Shown here: one piece after another, positions 11,721 through 26,098 of the stretch
How the letters are laid out: the number at the start of each line of letters is the position of its first letter
Numbering within the stretch: position 1 is the first letter of the stretch
Assembly: GCA_013265495.1 (NCBI GenBank)
Contig: MU062951.1
Location: 310,001-374,000 of the forward strand
DNA from: Vicugna vicugna
Lineage: Eukaryota
Direction: 5' to 3'
DNA: 64,000 nucleotides
The notes under the pieces: model-generated
What the model saw: the letters and a program-made list of their open reading frames with translations, nothing else
Database searches by the model: none
Told to the model about the DNA's origin: nothing
Program-made: the position numbers and the translations under genes

Positions 11721-13700
11721 TCAAAAGGTTCTTAGAAAGGTGGTCATCTATTTATGCTGATTTTAAGGAAAGGTCACACACAGTTCACTCGACCCTCGAC
11801 TGACCCCAAAGCAGGGGCATCACGGGTGGAAAGAACAGCCTGCGTCAAAGTGGAAGGACCCAGTGCACTGCAGATATGGGAAGAGCCGAGGTGGGAGTTT
11901 AGGAGGGTGGGGGCTGGCAGCGGGGGTAAGTGCGGGCGGTGATGAGTAGTCAGGACATGAGGAGCCTTGAACGCCAAACCAAGAGCGGGCTTTATCCTGG
12001 AAGCGAGGGAGCACCAGTGGAGGAAAGGGTGTGACTTAAGACTTGGTGAGAAAGACGTCTTTGCTGACCGCGTGGGGCTAGGAAGCTATATGTAGCCTGG
12101 TAAGACACCAGGATCCCTCAGCTAGAGCCCTGGAAACAGACAGGAGTTGGCGGGGTGTTGTAGGAGTCCAGAGGAGGCCCGGTGCCGTCTGAAGGGAGGG
12201 CTTGAGATAGTGGAGGGGACAGTGTGGTGCCCCCATGCATCATCCATCCCAGCCTCAGGCTTCCTCCAGGGCTCCCATCCCTCATTCCTTCCCTCAGTAC
12301 CTCAGTGAGAGCTGGGCACCCTCTGCATGCTGCAGATTTTCAATACTTCAAGGGTATAATGGGGGGGTGCTGCTGCATATGAAAAGCTGAATTCTTGGAG
12401 TAAAGTGATATAAAGCGTGTCCCTGTGCTCCCGTGACCTCCCTCAGGTCCTGGGGTCCTAACACCAACACCACCACCACTGCTGGTGCCCAGTCCTCACC
12501 AGCAGGGAATCTGGGTTTTGAGGCAGGGTACAGAGCACAGGCCCTGACTGACTTGAGGAACAGAGCCACAGACCAGATGTCCAGGGAGGAGGTGAGGGGA
12601 CAGAAGGGTCTGAGACACAGGAGGACCATGTCTCAGGGCAGCAGCCAGATGCATTTTTCCAGGACCACACCTTGGGGCCAGGCCTGAGCAGGGGGTGCTG
12701 GCCCTGCAGGCCTCCCCAGTCTCCACTCCCTCTCCTGGAGTGCCCCTCCTCTGCTCAGGGCAGCTCCCCACCAGCCTGGGGAGCATTTCCCTCCTAACCT
12801 AACCTGCAGGGCCCTGAGGCTGCCTGGAAAGCTTTTTCTGTGAACCCATATGTAACACACCTGCATACACTCTTGCCTAGTGTGAAGCCAGGTGGTCCTC
12901 CCGGGCACCTCTGGGAAGAAACCATAACCCATGGGGCTGTATTCTTAAGGCCTGGCCCCCAGTGAACCCTTACAGCTAGAAGGCCTCTCCCCCATGCACA
13001 CCCTCCCAAGGGCACTGCCTGAGTGCCCAAGAGAACCAAGTGGCATTCTCCCAGGGGGCCCAGAAGAGGAAGAGGGAGACAAACATGCTTCCAGGATGTC
13101 ATTTGGGGCCAGGCAGATCCAGGTTCCCAGGGCCGTGAGGTACACAGTGAATAATGAGGGCTGGTCAGCTCCCAGGACCCACTGTGGACCCGCACCAAGG
13201 TGGGAAGGAAAGTGGCCTCAAGGGCCAGGGGAAGCCTGCTGGGGCCCTGCAGCAACCTGTGGGGAAAATCCCTTGAGTCAACCATGTCCCTCTTTTGTTT
13301 CTGAACTTTCTTCTAGGAAGTCCTCCTAGACTACCACCGAAGTCGGGCTAGGGCTAGCTGCTCGGCCTTGAACTCTGGGCAGGGCCCACCCCTTCTTGGG
13401 CAAATCACTCCATTTGTTAAATGCGAGCCTGAGATCCAGCTGGGATAAAGGAACTGTGGGTCATAAACCCCTTGGAAGGGCTTTTCCTTCCACCTCTTGG
13501 GGGGTGCCAAAGGCAGCCCAGGAGTGAGGAATGAGGCCTGGGTGGCCGCCTGCAGCCCCCACTGGAATCTCCCCTGCTCCTCCCTTCCAGATTAACCGAA
13601 ACCTGCTAATTGTGGCTGCCCTCTGCATGCTCCCCTCCCCCACCACCTATTTCTACCTCCCTTTGCCTCCCCTCCCCTCCCCCTTCCATCCGAATGATAA

Positions 13701-15335
<1,635 letters not shown>

Positions 15336-15828
15336 GCCTCCCAGGGCAGGGGCAGCTTTCCTCTCCCACCCTCTCCCGCCACCATCTGGCTTGTTGAGGG
15401 GAAACCAAGGACAAGAGGACCAAGAGGTGTGCGTAGCTACAGCAGCATTGAGACACGAGGCATCACTTGAGCTGAGAGTCCACATGTTTACTGGACTGCC
15501 CCAGAAGAGCTGTGGCCCAGCTGGGTGTCACCCTGGCCCTGGTAGTCAGCCATGCCTCACCTACCCCAAGGCAAGGCTGGGACCAGGGCTCTGTTTGGAG
15601 TAGCCCTTCCTGGTCCCACCATCTCTGGCCCTCTGCCCATCTATCCAACCATCCATCACCATCAGTCACCTCCCCTCCCTGGCTCCGGGCTGGGGGAGGG
15701 AAAGCCTAATGGCAGCTCTGGCCTGAAATCCTGTCCTCCCTCAAATGCCTGGGAAGGAGGTAGCACCTTCTGGGGGAAAGGGAACAGAGGCCCTACCTGG
15801 TTTTGATGGTGGTAGTGGGGAAGATAAC

Positions 15829-15854
15829 AGTAAAGGAACAGACAACATTTTAAT
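15829..15854. terminator. Convergent poly(A) signals: AGTAAA (+, FOXH1 candidate, 15829-15834) and ATTAAA (-, KIFC2, 15849-15854)
   Basis: Motifs are seen directly, and each has a U/GU-rich stretch downstream on its own strand. I found no AATAAA or ATTAAA on the + strand between the FOXH1 stop and this point. Confidence 0.55.
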
Positions 15855-16160
15855 GCAAGTCTGATATTTGGTGGCTGGGTAGTGACTCTGGTGACCACTT
15901 GGCCAGGGTCTGCCTCCCAGCTCTGAGACCCCCTGCGGCGCACCGCGATAACATCAGATGGTGATAAGGAAGGGGCTGAGAGCCTGGGCCAAGGGGAGGC
16001 AATCCTTACTCCAGGCCAAACATGGGGTTGGAGGAGAGGCGGGTTAGACTCTGGGAGTTTCGGGGGCACTGGGTCCCTAGAGGTCGAGGAGGTCATGAGG
16101 AGAGTGGGGTCTTTGCTGCCTCTGCCGGCAGAGACGCGACTCCAGACTCCTAGGGTGGGA

Positions 16161-19100
16161 CTACGAAGGCAGCTCCTCTGGTGGTGAGAGGGCTGAGCTG
16201 GAGCCGCTGTCCAGGCCAGGGCTTGGCGGGCTGCCGGGGGATGGTGTCGGTGTGCAGGGCGTCCCGGTGAGCGGTGTTTCGGTGCTCAGGGAGGAGGGCG
16301 TCCCCGAGCGCGGGGCCCTGCGGGGTCTAGCCGGCCCCAGCTCCACTTGGCCCACTCGCTCGGCGAACTTCAGCGAGCACACGGTCTCGCCGAGATCCTC
16401 GGGCCGCGTGGAGATCTGCGAGGGAGCGGGCTGGTGGGCGGGCCCGAGTGGGCGGCGCCTGGCATGCAAACCACCCTCCCGCGGGCCTGCGGGGCGGGCC
16501 CCACCTGCAGCAACAGCACCGCGGTGGCGCCGGGGCCGAGCGCGGGCTGCAGCAAGCGTGTGAGCTGCGAATCGCGGAAGGGCACGTGTGGCCGGCGGGC
16601 CCGCAGCGCAGTCATCACGCCTCCCAGCGCCAGCAGCGAGCGATTGATGGTCCGAGCTTCCCGCAGACGTTGGGGGCCGTCCCGGTCTTCCCACGAGGTG
16701 CTGGCTGCCCCCGCCTTCCAGGCACGCTCGGATCCGGCCAGGTCCACCAGGTGCAGCGTGCCTGTGGGGACACGCGAGCCCGACATCAAGGGGGGCCCGG
16801 TGTCGGTTCAGCGACGCCCCCCCGCAGGGCTCAGGCGCGGGCCGTGGTACCTGAGGTGGCAGGACCGCGCAGTGGGGACGCCGTGCGCAGAGTCAGCGTG
16901 ACCAGGGCATGCGAACGAGAGCTGTGCTGGTTCATGACGGTGGCGGCGGTGGCCCGGTTGCCCCTTCCCAGGCTCAGCATCTGGAGGCCGGAGCAACAGG
17001 GCTGGCCTACCGCAGGATCTGGGCCCCAGGTGGGAGTACCGCGCGGGGCCTTGGAGGACTCTGCAGCCTTACCTGATGCAACGACTCCAGGTTGGGCACT
17101 TCCCAGTGGGTGAGGCCAGCCACCTGGATTCCCCCCTGGCCTGCTGGGCCTTGCCTCACAGCCAGGCGCTGGGGAGGCCCTGGGGCTAGGAGGTCCCTGG
17201 GAGTGAAAAGGGGGGGCTTTGTTGGGAGTTCCAGGAGGGTGGAACCAAAAGAAGGCGGGGCAGAGGCAGCCAGGGACAACCCTGACCTGACAGCTTCGTT
17301 GTAGATCTCCACCATGCTGAGTGTCACGCGGTGCTGTCCGCCTGTCCCCATCTCCCGGAACAGTGACTGCAGTGCCCTAGGAGCTATGCCAGGGTCCTCA
17401 GGTGGGCCCTGGGGACAGGGCAGGGGGCCACATTAGGCTCATTTCCCAGCCCCTGGCCTCAGGAGCCACCCAGACTCCCCACTTTCCCACCTCCATGCTG
17501 TAGGTCTTCCCTGTCCCCGTTTGACCATAGGTGAAAATGCAGACACTGTAGCCTCCAAGGCAGGACAGCACAGCTGACTCCAGTTCTCTGAAGACCTATA
17601 GGGGTAGGAGGGGTGGGAGGGGCCCTAAGCCCCAGGATATGAACAAATCAATTTCTCTGGGAGGAGGATGGGTCTAGCTAGGGGAGCACAATGCGAGGGT
17701 GGATCTTCCAACAGACAGAGTAGGCTCCCTGGAGAACATGGCATTTGCAAGAATTTGCCAAGCGAAGACAGGAAGGGACATGACAGGAAAAGAGAACAGG
17801 TGATACAGAGTACTGGAGTCCTGACAACAACCGCTTGGGAGGCCGGGGGAGTACCCCGGGCTTGACTGCCAGGTTCAAATCCTGCGTCTGGTTGGAGGCA
17901 AGTCACTCAGCCTTCCCCTATGAGAGATAAGGACTACAGTGGCACCTGTTATGAGGGTTAAGTGGCAACATCTACCAGGAGGGCTAGTGCAGCACCCAGC
18001 ACACGACAGATGAACCCTGAGGGCCCCATGGGTGTGGAGCACAGTGGCCAGCTGAAGCCTCAGAGGGTGCAGAAAGGCAGGTGAAGGGAAGATGGAGATG
18101 GGACTTGTGTCCTGTGGCAACTGGACACCAGCAGCAGCCTTCTGAGCAATGAATTCGCCAGATTTCATGCCCAGAAGGTGGCTGATAACTGAGCGGGCTG
18201 TCAGTTCTGCGTGAAGTGGTGGCTGCCAGTCAAGAGGACAGAATCAGAACTGCCAGTGGGGTCACTCAGATTCCACGACCAGAAAGAAGCACTGGGGGTG
18301 GCTATGGTGGGGGCACTGTGGCACTGTTGCAGAGGTGGGAACATAGGTGAGGGGACTTCTAACAGATAACTTTAGCTCTTTCATCCAGATGTGTTGAATT
18401 GGAGGGCCCTGTCCAGAAAGGCTATCCAGAAGACAGTGGACAAGGAGGGCCCCGTTCAGGGCTACAGTTTGGGACGGAGGCTGAAGACGGGGTTGGGGGT
18501 AGTGTGGAGGATACCCAGAGAGAAAGGTAGGTGGAAAACAGCTGTGGGACCCCAGGAAGTAGGGGAGAGAGCCCCAGCCGCCTGCCAGGCACTCTCATCA
18601 CACTCTGTCCCTGTGAGGCCAGCACAAGTCTGAGTCTGACAGCTCTGTCCCTTGACTCACCCCCTTCCGACTCTCAGCCTCCATTTTCTGAGCTATGGAA
18701 GGTCTAGTTGCAAAGTCTGTGTGCGATGGAGATGGCGTATGTGAGGCAAGGTGGTGGTGGGGCTGTGACTTAAGCCTCTGTTTTCAGCTCACTGGGTCTA
18801 GCAGGAAAGGGGAGGGAAGGGGGGAGGATCCGTGTGGAGCAATGGGAAAGCCTTGAGGCTGGAAGATCACCTGTGCCCCACCATTCCCCTGGCCACAAAG
18901 TAAGGAGGGGTGCCCGCTGTCAGGGCTGGGCCGGGGAGTGGGCAGCTGAAGAAGCCTGGGGGGAGGAGGTCACAGCACTGTCCCCACCACAACAGCACCC
19001 CAGCCACGCTCCACAGCCAGCCTTGCGTGAGCAGTGACTGTCACTTCAGACACGTTCATTATCATTAGTTTCCTGGTAAAAAAAAAGTATTTTTGAAAAT

Positions 19101-22100
19101 GGTAATCTTCCTGTCTAAACCGGGAAGTCTTTCTCTCCTGCTTGCAGGGCTCGGTGGGGGAATACAAAGGGAAAACCCTGGAAGGAAAGGAGGTGCCCAG
19201 CTAGGATGCCAGTCTGCCTCCCAGATTCTTTCCCTTCCCTGCTAGATTCCAGCCACTCTCCCTCTGAGGAGGGCAGGCCAACAGGGAAGGGGAACTCAGA
19301 ACTTCTTCTGGACTCCAGGGGACTCTGAGGGATGGTCAGCACAGGTGCAAGGGTGGGGCATCACCTCCTCCTGGCTGGCATGTGGAGGGAAGACCCAGTC
19401 TAGGCGGAAGCGACGCTGGTGCCCTCGATAGCAAGTGGTGACAGTGCCACCCGGGCCAGGCTCCAAGCTCACCAGGCTGGAGGGTGTCCCTGGCCTCAGC
19501 CGACACAGCACACGGATGTTTCCTGGGGTGGAGAGCAGGTCAGCAGGGCTGCCTCCCAGGTCCTAAAGCACCGAGAAGCTCCAGTTCCTCCACCTCTCCC
19601 TGCCCCATCCCTGTGCTCCCCAAGAATGCCATACCTTTGAGCTCCAACAGCCGCCCTGGGCATCTGGCTAGGGGCCCCTGCTTTGCCTCCTGGAACTTAG
19701 TCCCAGCCCCTCCAGCTGACAGTGCCCCCAGGGCCCAGGATACCTGGGGGAATAAAGATGTGAGGAAGGGAAACAGTCCAAGAAGAGCAAGGGGTTGGGG
19801 ATGCGGTGCTGAGAGCAATGTCTACCACGGGGCCCCCCAGATGTGGTGATCTACAACTTCCAATGGCTTCAGGCCCCTGGGGGCATCATTCAGGGGGCCT
19901 GGGATGGAGCTGAGGAACCAGAGGAGAACCATAGGCAAGGACATCATCGGTCTCTCCAGGGCTTCCTGGCCACCCTGTGAGGGATTCAGTCACCCCAATT
20001 TGCACAGAACAAAAATGACACCCAGAAGTGAGATCACACCCAGGATCACACAAGTTGTTCTGGTTCCTGAGCCCACAACTCCCTGGGGCTGGAAAGAGGA
20101 TAAACAGAGGTTCCCAGAGTAGATCAGTGACAACGCTGCCCAGAGAGTAAGTGCAAGGGGGGGAGCCAGTGGTCCTGACCTGACCCCGGGCTTCACTCAG
20201 TGAACCCTGACAGCTCTGGGTAAAGGTGCTGACCAGGCCTCGGAGGTCCCCACAGCCCTGACGCAAGCTGGCCATACGTGCACGAAGTCCTGGTGGGCAA
20301 AGGTGGTTGTGAGGGAAAGCCCAGACCCAAGAGCTCTCCCGTGGGCTCCCTAGCCCCAGCCCTTACCTGCTAGCTGCCCATGCATCTGCTGCAGCTCCCT
20401 TCTGCAGTTCTGCTCAGTCTCCTGCTGGAGCTGCTGGAGGGCCCCCCGAAGGCCCTGCAGCTGCATCTCCTGTGCCCCCAGCTGCCCCGCCCAACCCAAC
20501 CCCTGTCACTGAGGAAACAGGCACTTACCAGGCTTTGCCTCAGACACTCCCTTCCCAGTGCCCCAAGACTCCCCGGCCCTTGGGCCCAGCACCCACCTGG
20601 ACTCGGAGCGCTTCGGTGGTGTCCTGGGCCTCCTGCAGTCGGCCCTGGAGCTCCGCCAGTGCTTCTGCCTCCTCCTGTAGGAGGGGTGGGAGCCAGGTGA
20701 GCTACGGAGCCAGGAGGAAAGTCAGGGAGAGGCACTCCAGCTGCCCCACAGAAAGTCAAGTTGAGAGGAGCACACACAGCCAGTCAGGAATCCAAGCCTC
20801 CCAGTTCCATGCAGGGCTCGTTTCCCCAAGTCCCTCTGCTCTCCTGGGGTCAGTCACAGAGGGGAGCCATAGGGTGGAGGGGAGGGGTTCTCCTGTGGGC
20901 ATCAGTCTTTTTGATGGGGACTGTCCCTGATCCTGGCTGCTGCCTCTGCTCCAGCAAGCAGGAGGTCCTGCAGGAGCCTGGGAAGTGATGCTAGAGACCA
21001 GGTGTGCGGGAGGCCCAGACTGCAGGGACGGTGGAGACTAAGAGCAGGATACCTGTGGGGCCCTGCTGAGGGGGCCAGGGCCCCAGTGCAGCAGGAGGTC
21101 CCGAGTAAGGCTCAGGCTCTGTTTCAGGGCCTTGTTCTCCAGAGTTAGATACTGAACCCTTTTCTCCGAGTCTGTCGCCCCCTGCCAGAGAAGGAAGCCC
21201 TCAAGACTCACAGTGAAAATCTCTCACATCCCCACCCCCAACCCCGCAGCCTCACCACTCCCAGGCGCAGATGGCCCAGCTCCTTCTCCTGCAGTTCCAG
21301 CTGCTGCTTCAGTTCTTCCAGCTGGAAAGGAGAGAGAGGCACCAGGTAGACCACCTCCTTCTAGTCCTCTCCCAGTTCCCCGCTGCCTCCTGAGCCCCTC
21401 ACCTGTCCAAGGATGAACTGTTCCAGCCGCTGCCAAGCCCTCTGGTCCACCTCCAGCTGGGGAGGCTGCTGCCCCTGGGCCTCACCCCTTGGTGAAAGGG
21501 AAGGGCTTTCATCTTGGGATGGGGTTCCTGGGGTGAGATGAACCCAGTTAGGACTGAAGAGCTCTCTGGCCTGAAGAAGGGGGCACCTCAGGAGCAAGGC
21601 AGGGCTTAGGACCCTGCACTCCAGGCTGCTCAAGTTCTGGTGGGTGTCACTCCCTTGACAAACTCCCTCTTGAACTCACTACGCCTGACGCACCAGCAGG
21701 AATGGGGGACTGCACCCCTGAGGCTGCCTGAGTCCCCTGGAGCACGGCCTGCCTCCCCCTGGGGCTCCGAATCCATGCCAGGAGGGCCAAGAGCTGACCA
21801 GTCACCGTCAACAATGGGGGGACATCACCAGGCTATGAAAGAAATAGGAATCAAAGTGGAGAAGGAAGAAGGTTGGGGTGGGGGAAACAGGGATGTGGAG
21901 ATCAGAAGGACTGGTGAGACAAAACAGGTCGCTGGGAGAGTCTCAACTCCGCTTACCTTGCTCAGGTCGGGAGGATTCCCAAAGCTCTCCTCTGCCCCCA
22001 GCTGGACTGAGAGGAACTCAGCAACACGCACCAGAGCCTCTTCCAGGGAGACCTCGGCTGGACCGCCCTCAGCTCCCCCTCCGGGCCCATCCTCAGACTC

Positions 22101-22704
22101 CGGGCAGCCTGTGAGGCCAGGTGGTAGGAGGAATAGGCGTTCTGGATCATGTGTCAGAGGCTCGGCCACCAGCTGGCACCTGCCAGGTCCCTCCCTTCCA
22201 ATGAGGTCAGGGGCACCCCAGCATCTCTCGGACGGCAGCGATCCCTCTTGGCCCCAGGGACGCAGCGTTCCCGACGCACGAACAGCACCTACCGACCAGG
22301 CCGGTCAGCTCGGTCCACAGTTCTCCTGTGGTCTGGTCAGAACGGCGGCGGCCAGGCTTGCAGCGGGTACTCTAGGGAGGGAGCAGAGGGAGCCCCTGAA
22401 TAGAGGCCAAGTAGCCTGTGGGGCTCCCTGTCCCCAGGGACTGAACCGAGGGGTTGGAGCTGGGGTCTGAGCTTCCAACACCAGAGACGAGGTCCTCCGC
22501 ACGGCCCCTCCACCGCGTCAGTGCCCTGGGACCTACGCTTTGCGGGCCTGCAGAACAGTTCTCAGGAAGGGGGTCGCCTGCCGAGCTGCGCCCGCCCCCG
22601 CTCACCTGGGAGGGGTTCCCAGGGACCTTGGCCGCCGCGGCCCCGCCATCCCTGCGAAAGAGGCTGTAGAAAATGTAGATCAGCAGCGAGTAGAAGGCGT
22701 ACAT
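16161..22704 (-). CDS. KIFC2: Kinesin-14 family C-terminal motor KIFC2, 18 coding exons, 783 aa
   Basis: Minus-strand exons: 22704-22606, 22371-22293, 22108-21957, 21832-21694, 21527-21403, 21321-21256, 21181-21053, 20674-20597, 20481-20367, 20289-20180, 19743-19635, 19522-19365, 17595-17491, 17408-17287, 17196-17073, 16980-16851, 16761-16505, 16415-16161. Total 2352 nt with consistent phases. N-terminus [16 protein letters not shown], coiled coil, neck ELKGNIRV, P-loop GQTGTGKT, switch I NQHSSRSH, switch II DLAGSE. Confidence 0.96.
17870..18010 (+). mobile_element. MIR SINE in the large KIFC2 intron
   Basis: ggttcaaatcctg...ggcaagtcactcagcc...gttatgagggttaagtg. Confidence 0.55.
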
Positions 22705-23560
22705 GGGAGTGCGGGGCGGCAGAGGGCCCCGCTTCGCGCCGCCCCGCGTCCCCGCGCCCCAACTCCGCACCCGCCCTCCGCAAAGCCGGTGCGCATGCTC
22801 CGGCGGCCGCCCCCTCGGCCCGGTTCCCGCGGGCGGAGGACGCGCGCCCGAAGAAAGGCGGCAAGAGACAGTCGTCCCCTGGGCCGCCACCCTAATAAGC
22901 GGAGACCTCGAGCTGAGAACGCTACGGCCTCGCACCCGCTCTTCTAGAATCCCTACCAATCCTCTGCGAGGAACCCCCACGCGGCGGTACCGGCTTCGAG
23001 TTTTCCGCTCGCGGGTGTCCAACTCCAGCTCCCGCAGGCTCCTTCCTCGGCCCCTCCCCTCAGGCCCCGCCCCTACCTCCCCTCACAGCCCCGCCCCTTA
23101 CTGCCCCTCCCCTTACCGTCGCGGCCCCGCCCGTCACCGCCCCTTTCTCGGCTCCTCCCCTCACTGCAGACCACCGGGCTAACGTGCCGTCCAGGGTGCA
23201 GAGACCCCTCCTCCTAGCCCCGCCCACATCCTACTACCGGGTCTCTCGATCGTCCACGCCCGCGGCTCCCCGGCCCCGCCCCCGGCCACTCTAGCCTCCG
23301 CTCCTCTCGTTGGTTGGCGCGGGGTCGCCGCAGGCCGGACGCGGGAGGCGGGGCGACAGCGGGAGGGCGGCGTGGTGGGTTGGTTTCGGCCTCCGCATCG
23401 CCGCTGCTTTCGGGCCGCGCATCTCAGGGTTCTCTGAGTTCCTGCGCGGTCGCCCCTTCTGGACTGGTTCCGAGGACGGCGTCTCCCAGAGCGCAGAGAC
23501 TAGGCCAAGTCGGCCTCCGCGCCCCTCTCCTCAAGGCCCTGCGCCCCCACTTGGGTTCCA
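22250..23560. promoter_or_regulatory. CpG island / bidirectional promoter of KIFC2 (-) and TMEM276 (+)
   Basis: CpG-dense segment containing KIFC2 exons 1-2 and lying between the divergent start codons at 22704 (-) and 23837 (+). Confidence 0.75.
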
Positions 23561-23836
23561 GGACGCCAGAGCTCACACCCACCCAGCCTAGGCCCCGAGC
23601 CGCATTTTCCCTTCTTTTCCTGGCCGATTTACGTTTTTCCCCACGGTTGTGTCCAGTGGCCTCAGGGCTCCGAAGAGTTTTGGTTGAGCCTTTTCCAATA
23701 CTTAGAAACGGGGCTCTGGAACCTGGGAGTACTGGAGAGCCGCCCTTAGGGCTCCCAGTCGCGGCCTCTACGCTCTTTTTCTCCAAAGTTGAGGGTCCCT
23801 TTCCTGTCCCCTCAAATCACTACCGCCCCAGGTACC

Positions 23837-24615
23837 ATGGCCCCCAGGCCATGGGGCGAGTGGAGCACCGCCCTGTCCCACCTGGCGCTGGGAGCGGTGT
23901 CTCTGCATGCTGCCGTGAGCACTGCCCAGGTGAGTACACTGGGGCTAGGCAGGAGTGTAGCCCACTCCCAAACCCCAAGAACCTAGACTGTCCCCTGGTT
24001 CAGGGAGAGGGTGGTGGGAGGTAAGTATGGGGGCCAGGCTTCTGTGAGACCCCACCCCCCACCCCTCCCTGCTTAAAGGAACGCCCTGGCCTCTTTTTCC
24101 CACATTTCCTCCCTTCCCTGTGTTGACAGGCAAGTCGAGGGGCCGCTGCTGGCTTCCTGCTCCAAGCGTTGGCCGCGGCCACCATGCTGGTTCCAGGGCT
24201 GGGCACAGATGAAGACCATCCTGCTGGAGCCTGGGTGGCTACTGTCATCGGCCTGCCCCTTCTGGCCTTCGATTTCCACTGGGTGAATGGGGACCGCTCC
24301 TCTGCCAACCTGCTCCTGGGAGGAGGCATGGTGCTGGCAGTGGCTGGTGACCACCTTGGTGCCGAGGGCCGCTCTGTGGCTGGTCAGGCAGTGGTGCTGG
24401 TGGTCGCAGTGACCATCCTCATTGTGGCTGTTTTCACGACCAACACTTACGGAATGTGGGGGGGTGTGATGCTGGGTGTTGCAGGCCTCCTGAGCCGGCT
24501 GGAGGAAGACAGACTGCTGCTGCTGCCGAAGGAGGACATCTGCTGCTGGGCCCTGGCCGCAGGCAGCTGGGCCTACCACCGGGCCCTACACAGACAACGC
24601 CTGCAGTGGGAGTGA
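23837..24615 (+). CDS. TMEM276: Transmembrane protein 276 (formerly annotated as a short CYHR1 isoform), 2 coding exons, 192 aa
   Basis: Exons 23837-23929 (MAPRPWGEWSTALSHLALGAVSLHAAVSTAQ) and 24130-24615 (ASRGAAAG...LHRQRLQWE*). Multiple hydrophobic helices. Kozak accATGG; an acceptor at 23831/23832 implies an upstream non-coding exon; AATAAA at 24896-24901. Confidence 0.9.
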
Positions 24616-26098
24616 CATTGGAGATAGCAAGGCAGGGTTTTTGCTCTGGCTACCACGTTCGCCTCTAACGGGCCTGCTCCTGGGGCCTTCTTCCCTAGGG
24701 ATGGACTCTCCTTCTTTCTGAAGCCGGCTTGCTGCAGTGACTGGTCAGGGTGGCAAAGGCTGGGCACTGTCTCCTTCTCTGGCTGAGTGTGAGGACTTGC
24801 TTAGACCAGAATGAGGGGAACAACATCCCAGGCACGTTTGGGGGCCTGATTCTGGGCAGGCCATGGTTGTGGGTCTAGAGAGATGCTCGGTCTCCAATAA
24901 ACCTTAGGGACTTAGTAGGAATATGGAATATGCCCATTCTTGAGAGGGAGTGAGGGGTCCTCCAGTAAGCTTCCTAAGGCTCCCAGGGCAGCAACTGGTT
25001 TTCCTGAGCAAAGGAAGGCATGCGCAGTGCACTACAACCAGCCCTGGGGCCTCACCCAGCTTGGCCTGCCAGCACCTTTGTCAGGAAGGCCGCTGGACTG
25101 AGAAGACATAGGAGACCTTGCTCTCCTGGGATGTGGTGGAGCCTCGTTCTGAATATCCTTGCACAGTCTGGCAGGTGGCCCTCTGAGGCAGTGACCTTCA
25201 TGGGCCAAAGGCCTGGTGAGGGAGGGAGGGCCGTACCACATCTGTTCCCAGAAATGCACTTTCCCTCCCAGGGCTGACTCTACCTCCACCCGTTTGCCCT
25301 CTGACCCATGCAAAGCAAGTCCTGATTTCCTAAGACCTCACTTTTCTCAGTGAACCCCTACTCAGGTCCCAACCACAAGGTTAGGCAACGGGATTGGGCC
25401 AAGCAGGGGGTTAGATTCCGGGTCCAGAGCTCTCCCTTGGGGAATCCCTGCGCTTGCGTCCTGTGGAAACACATCTCGTCCCGCATAGGAGGGAGAGGGT
25501 GGCCCGCGGGGTTTCTCGCACCTACGAGCCAGGTCGGAATTCCGCGCGCGCAAGCCTGCATGTCGGAGGACAAAGGCGCAGACACACCCGGACGCGGGGG
25601 TCTGAGGCTGCCTTCCGTTCCTGGGGTCCCAAGGCGTGTGATCGTTGTCCGGGACTGGTGGGAAGCGCAGCGCTCACCCCAGACCCCAGAACTTCCCCGC
25701 CGGGGCGAGTGCCCCTCCACCGGTCGCCTGGGGCCCCGCCCACTTTCTGCAGGGGTGGGCCTCCGCGCGCCCATTGGTTCTGGCCGCCGCGCCGTCTTGC
25801 CCGCTCGGTACTCCAATTGGCCTTGCGCAGCTCACGTGACTGGGAGAACGAGGGGGCGGTGGCGGCGGCGGCGCCGGAGCTGGGGAGCGCGCAGCGAAAA
25901 CAAAGATGGCGGCTGCGCCGGGGTTGGTGGCCTCGGCGGCTGCGGGGCGACGCGCGGGCCGGACCCACTGAGGCGGCGGAGCAGGGAGCAGGGCTGCGGG
26001 GTCGCGGCGGCGGCGAGAGGGCGGCGGGAGCGCGCGGCGCCCCTAACCTCCAGCCGCGGGAGCGCGCCGGCACCCGCCCGCCGGGCCGGCCGGCCGCG

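Noticed and set aside
10842-11803. ORFs of 94-271 aa over the PPP1R16A CpG island, including the + strand ATG at 11519
   Set aside because: Stop-poor GC-rich sequence. The + strand ATG is just the other half of the CCATGG palindrome in the X-box, with no supporting splice structure.
17287-17376. Apparent acceptor cctag|G inside a KIFC2 exon
   Set aside because: The upstream sequence encodes conserved [11 protein letters not shown] in frame, so the true acceptor is at 17408.
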